A stretch of DNA of 64,000 nucleotides from positions 131,936,001 to 132,000,000 of the forward strand of contig OX597816.1 in assembly GCA_951406725.2 (NCBI GenBank), written 5' to 3'. Of the stretch, positions 62,402-64,000 are shown one piece after another (within the stretch, counting starts at the first letter, position 1; the number at the start of each line of letters is the position of its first letter). The notes beneath the pieces are model-generated. The model had not been told where the DNA came from. It saw nothing but the letters and a program-made list of their open reading frames with translations, and made no database searches. The stretch comes from Octopus vulgaris (Eukaryota). The position numbers and the translations under genes were made by a program.

Positions 62402-62449
62402 AAAAAAATATGGAACATTTTATGAATTTGCATGTCATCCTTGGGCAGG
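62402..62449 (-). pseudogene. U6 snRNA 3'-half pseudogene fragment
   Basis: Minus strand CCTGCCCAAGGATGACATGCAAATTCATAAAATGTTCCATATTTTT versus U6 CCTGCGCAAGGATGACACGCAAATTCGTGAAGCGTTCCATATTTTT (U6 recalled from memory). Differences cluster at CpGs. Confidence 0.85.
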
Positions 62450-63414
62450 ATGTATATATACAGTGAAAGAAGATTTTGAAGACTGGCAATTATCTGTTGT
62501 TTTTAATAATATTCAAAGCATATATGACATGAAAATTCCTCTATACCTTCGTTAAGTACAATAATCTAATGTAGGTTAACCTCCTAGATGATTTAGGTTT
62601 TTCTTCTTAAAAAACACAACAAACTAGTTGACTTGAAGTAAATAGTTGTTCATGCTTTAGCCAAGGACACATTGCAATGAATGTGGTATAATATGAACTC
62701 AGAAATGAACTGAACCTAGTTTTAGTGACTCAGATCACTATTTTACTTCCTAAAAAGAAAGCTGGCCATCAAGACAGTGTATTAGTTTTCACTGTAGTGA
62801 ACTCAACAAAAAATTAACAAATGTTCTCTGTGTATTTCAATAGTTGTATTTAAAATTTCACGGATTAATGTTAACCACATCCTACCATTTTTCTGTTTAT
62901 TTTGGTTAGTTATGGTTGTTACTGACCTATAACTGAAAGGCATGACCCCCTCTTACTTTTTTTTTGTCAGTCAAATAAAGTTGTAGCTCAATGATTTACA
63001 TATCTATTTTTAATACATTTTGGCAGATTCAAGCATGAATATGCTAATCATTACTGTGCATGTCACAGTAGAACAGTTTCCACCTTATGAGAAATAAATG
63101 TTCATAGCACACATAATTTATCAGTATGAGGGACTCTTGGACACCAGTCTTTTGATATGTTGTGTCATCAGCCAGGAGCATCTTCAGACCAAAGAATCTA
63201 ACAAGAGCCTATGGTCTTGTTCATAATTTCAGAAAAACAAACTGTTCACTGATCCATGCTGATATCTGCCAACCAATAATAAAACATCATATGCACAGTG
63301 AATGGCTGTTGTAGTTAATCTATATTTAGGATTGTCATGAAGTTGCTTTGTCACCAATGTTGCATGGGAACTGATTGCCATTGTTGTGGTGGTTGCTTGT
63401 TGGTGTGTATTGCA

Positions 63415-63545
63415 TCGATGACTAAAAGGTGAAATTGGTGTATATCTAAAGAAGTTTTATTCACTGGAAAAGTTGCTTTGAGGTGTGAAAACCAAATGAG
63501 AGGATCCCCAGTGAATGGAGGAGAAGCAAAGGATAAAGAGGCCTG
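63415..63545 (-). mobile_element. Possible degenerate Ty3/Gypsy gag N-terminal fragment
   Basis: PPFTGDPLIWFSHLKATF...QFHLLV resembles the LPPFWxxDPxLWFxQxEAxF motif. No other LTR-element features seen. Confidence 0.3.
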
Positions 63546-64000
63546 AATTGTTGGGCTACCACTAAAGAAAATGATGGAACAGGTGAAATTGCCTTATTTA
63601 AGGCGTAAGTTATTTGGAATCATTCAAATGCAGAAGATATAAAAGATATTAAATGCCGGTTATTACCGCAAACTCAGGAAGGTTCTAGATAATATACACT
63701 CAAAAATCATGCATTTGAAAGTAGAAGAAACATTGCTCAGCATTGAAAAGTTGATTTAACAGCTATTTTGTGTGGATGAAAATTTTGTGGATGAAAAAAT
63801 ATGTCTAACACATTAATAGATGCCCCCATTAGTGCATCAATTTTGTAGATCAAAAGGTGGGGTTTGCAGTAGTAAAAGTTATGAGCTTTCAGCATCTGCC
63901 TCTTTTATCTTATTTGCTGTTTCTCTGCCTTTGTCTCATATCCATTGCTACACTGGAAAGATAGTTTTTGTGAGACTGATGAGTTGGGTCACCATTGTTG

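Noticed and set aside
63910-64000. Possible last coding exon of a host gene on the minus strand (NNGDPTHQSHKNYLSSVAMDMRQRQRNSK*)
   Set aside because: Only ~29 codons at the window edge, with no recognisable homology or supporting signals.

Overview
AT-rich eukaryotic (animal) DNA saturated with microsatellites and transposable elements. The SINE, LINE and microsatellite landscape suggests an octopus or other coleoid cephalopod, but that is inference. I found no host protein-coding exon I can support; most ORFs in the track are translated microsatellites or antisense reads of TE ORFs. Recognisable elements are: (1) a young Penelope-like retroelement (PLE) with an open RT + GIY-YIG frame and a ~1.5-kb inverted copy of its own 3' end (3954-8457); (2) RTE-clade LINEs with tandemly repeated 3' UTRs and (GAT)n tails; (3) R4/Dong-like RLE LINEs in (TAA)n tracts; (4) CR1 and Tx1-like fragments; (5) a Tc1 element with long IR/DR-type TIRs; (6) hAT, mariner and Helitron remnants; (7) tRNA-derived SINEs; (8) a U6 pseudogene fragment. 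The main finding is a dense set of short, non-coding, mostly (TA)n-embedded fold-back or tandem elements. They carry type I hammerhead ribozyme (HHR) folds of about nine apparently unrelated sequence families, all with a self-complementary stem III. The set includes a 357-bp tandem retrozyme-like unit at 18264-19246 and a canonical HHR pair at 35880-36199. These elements share the inverted architecture and target site of the coding PLE, which carries its own HHR. All folds and alignments were done by eye, and coordinates of degenerate elements are approximate.
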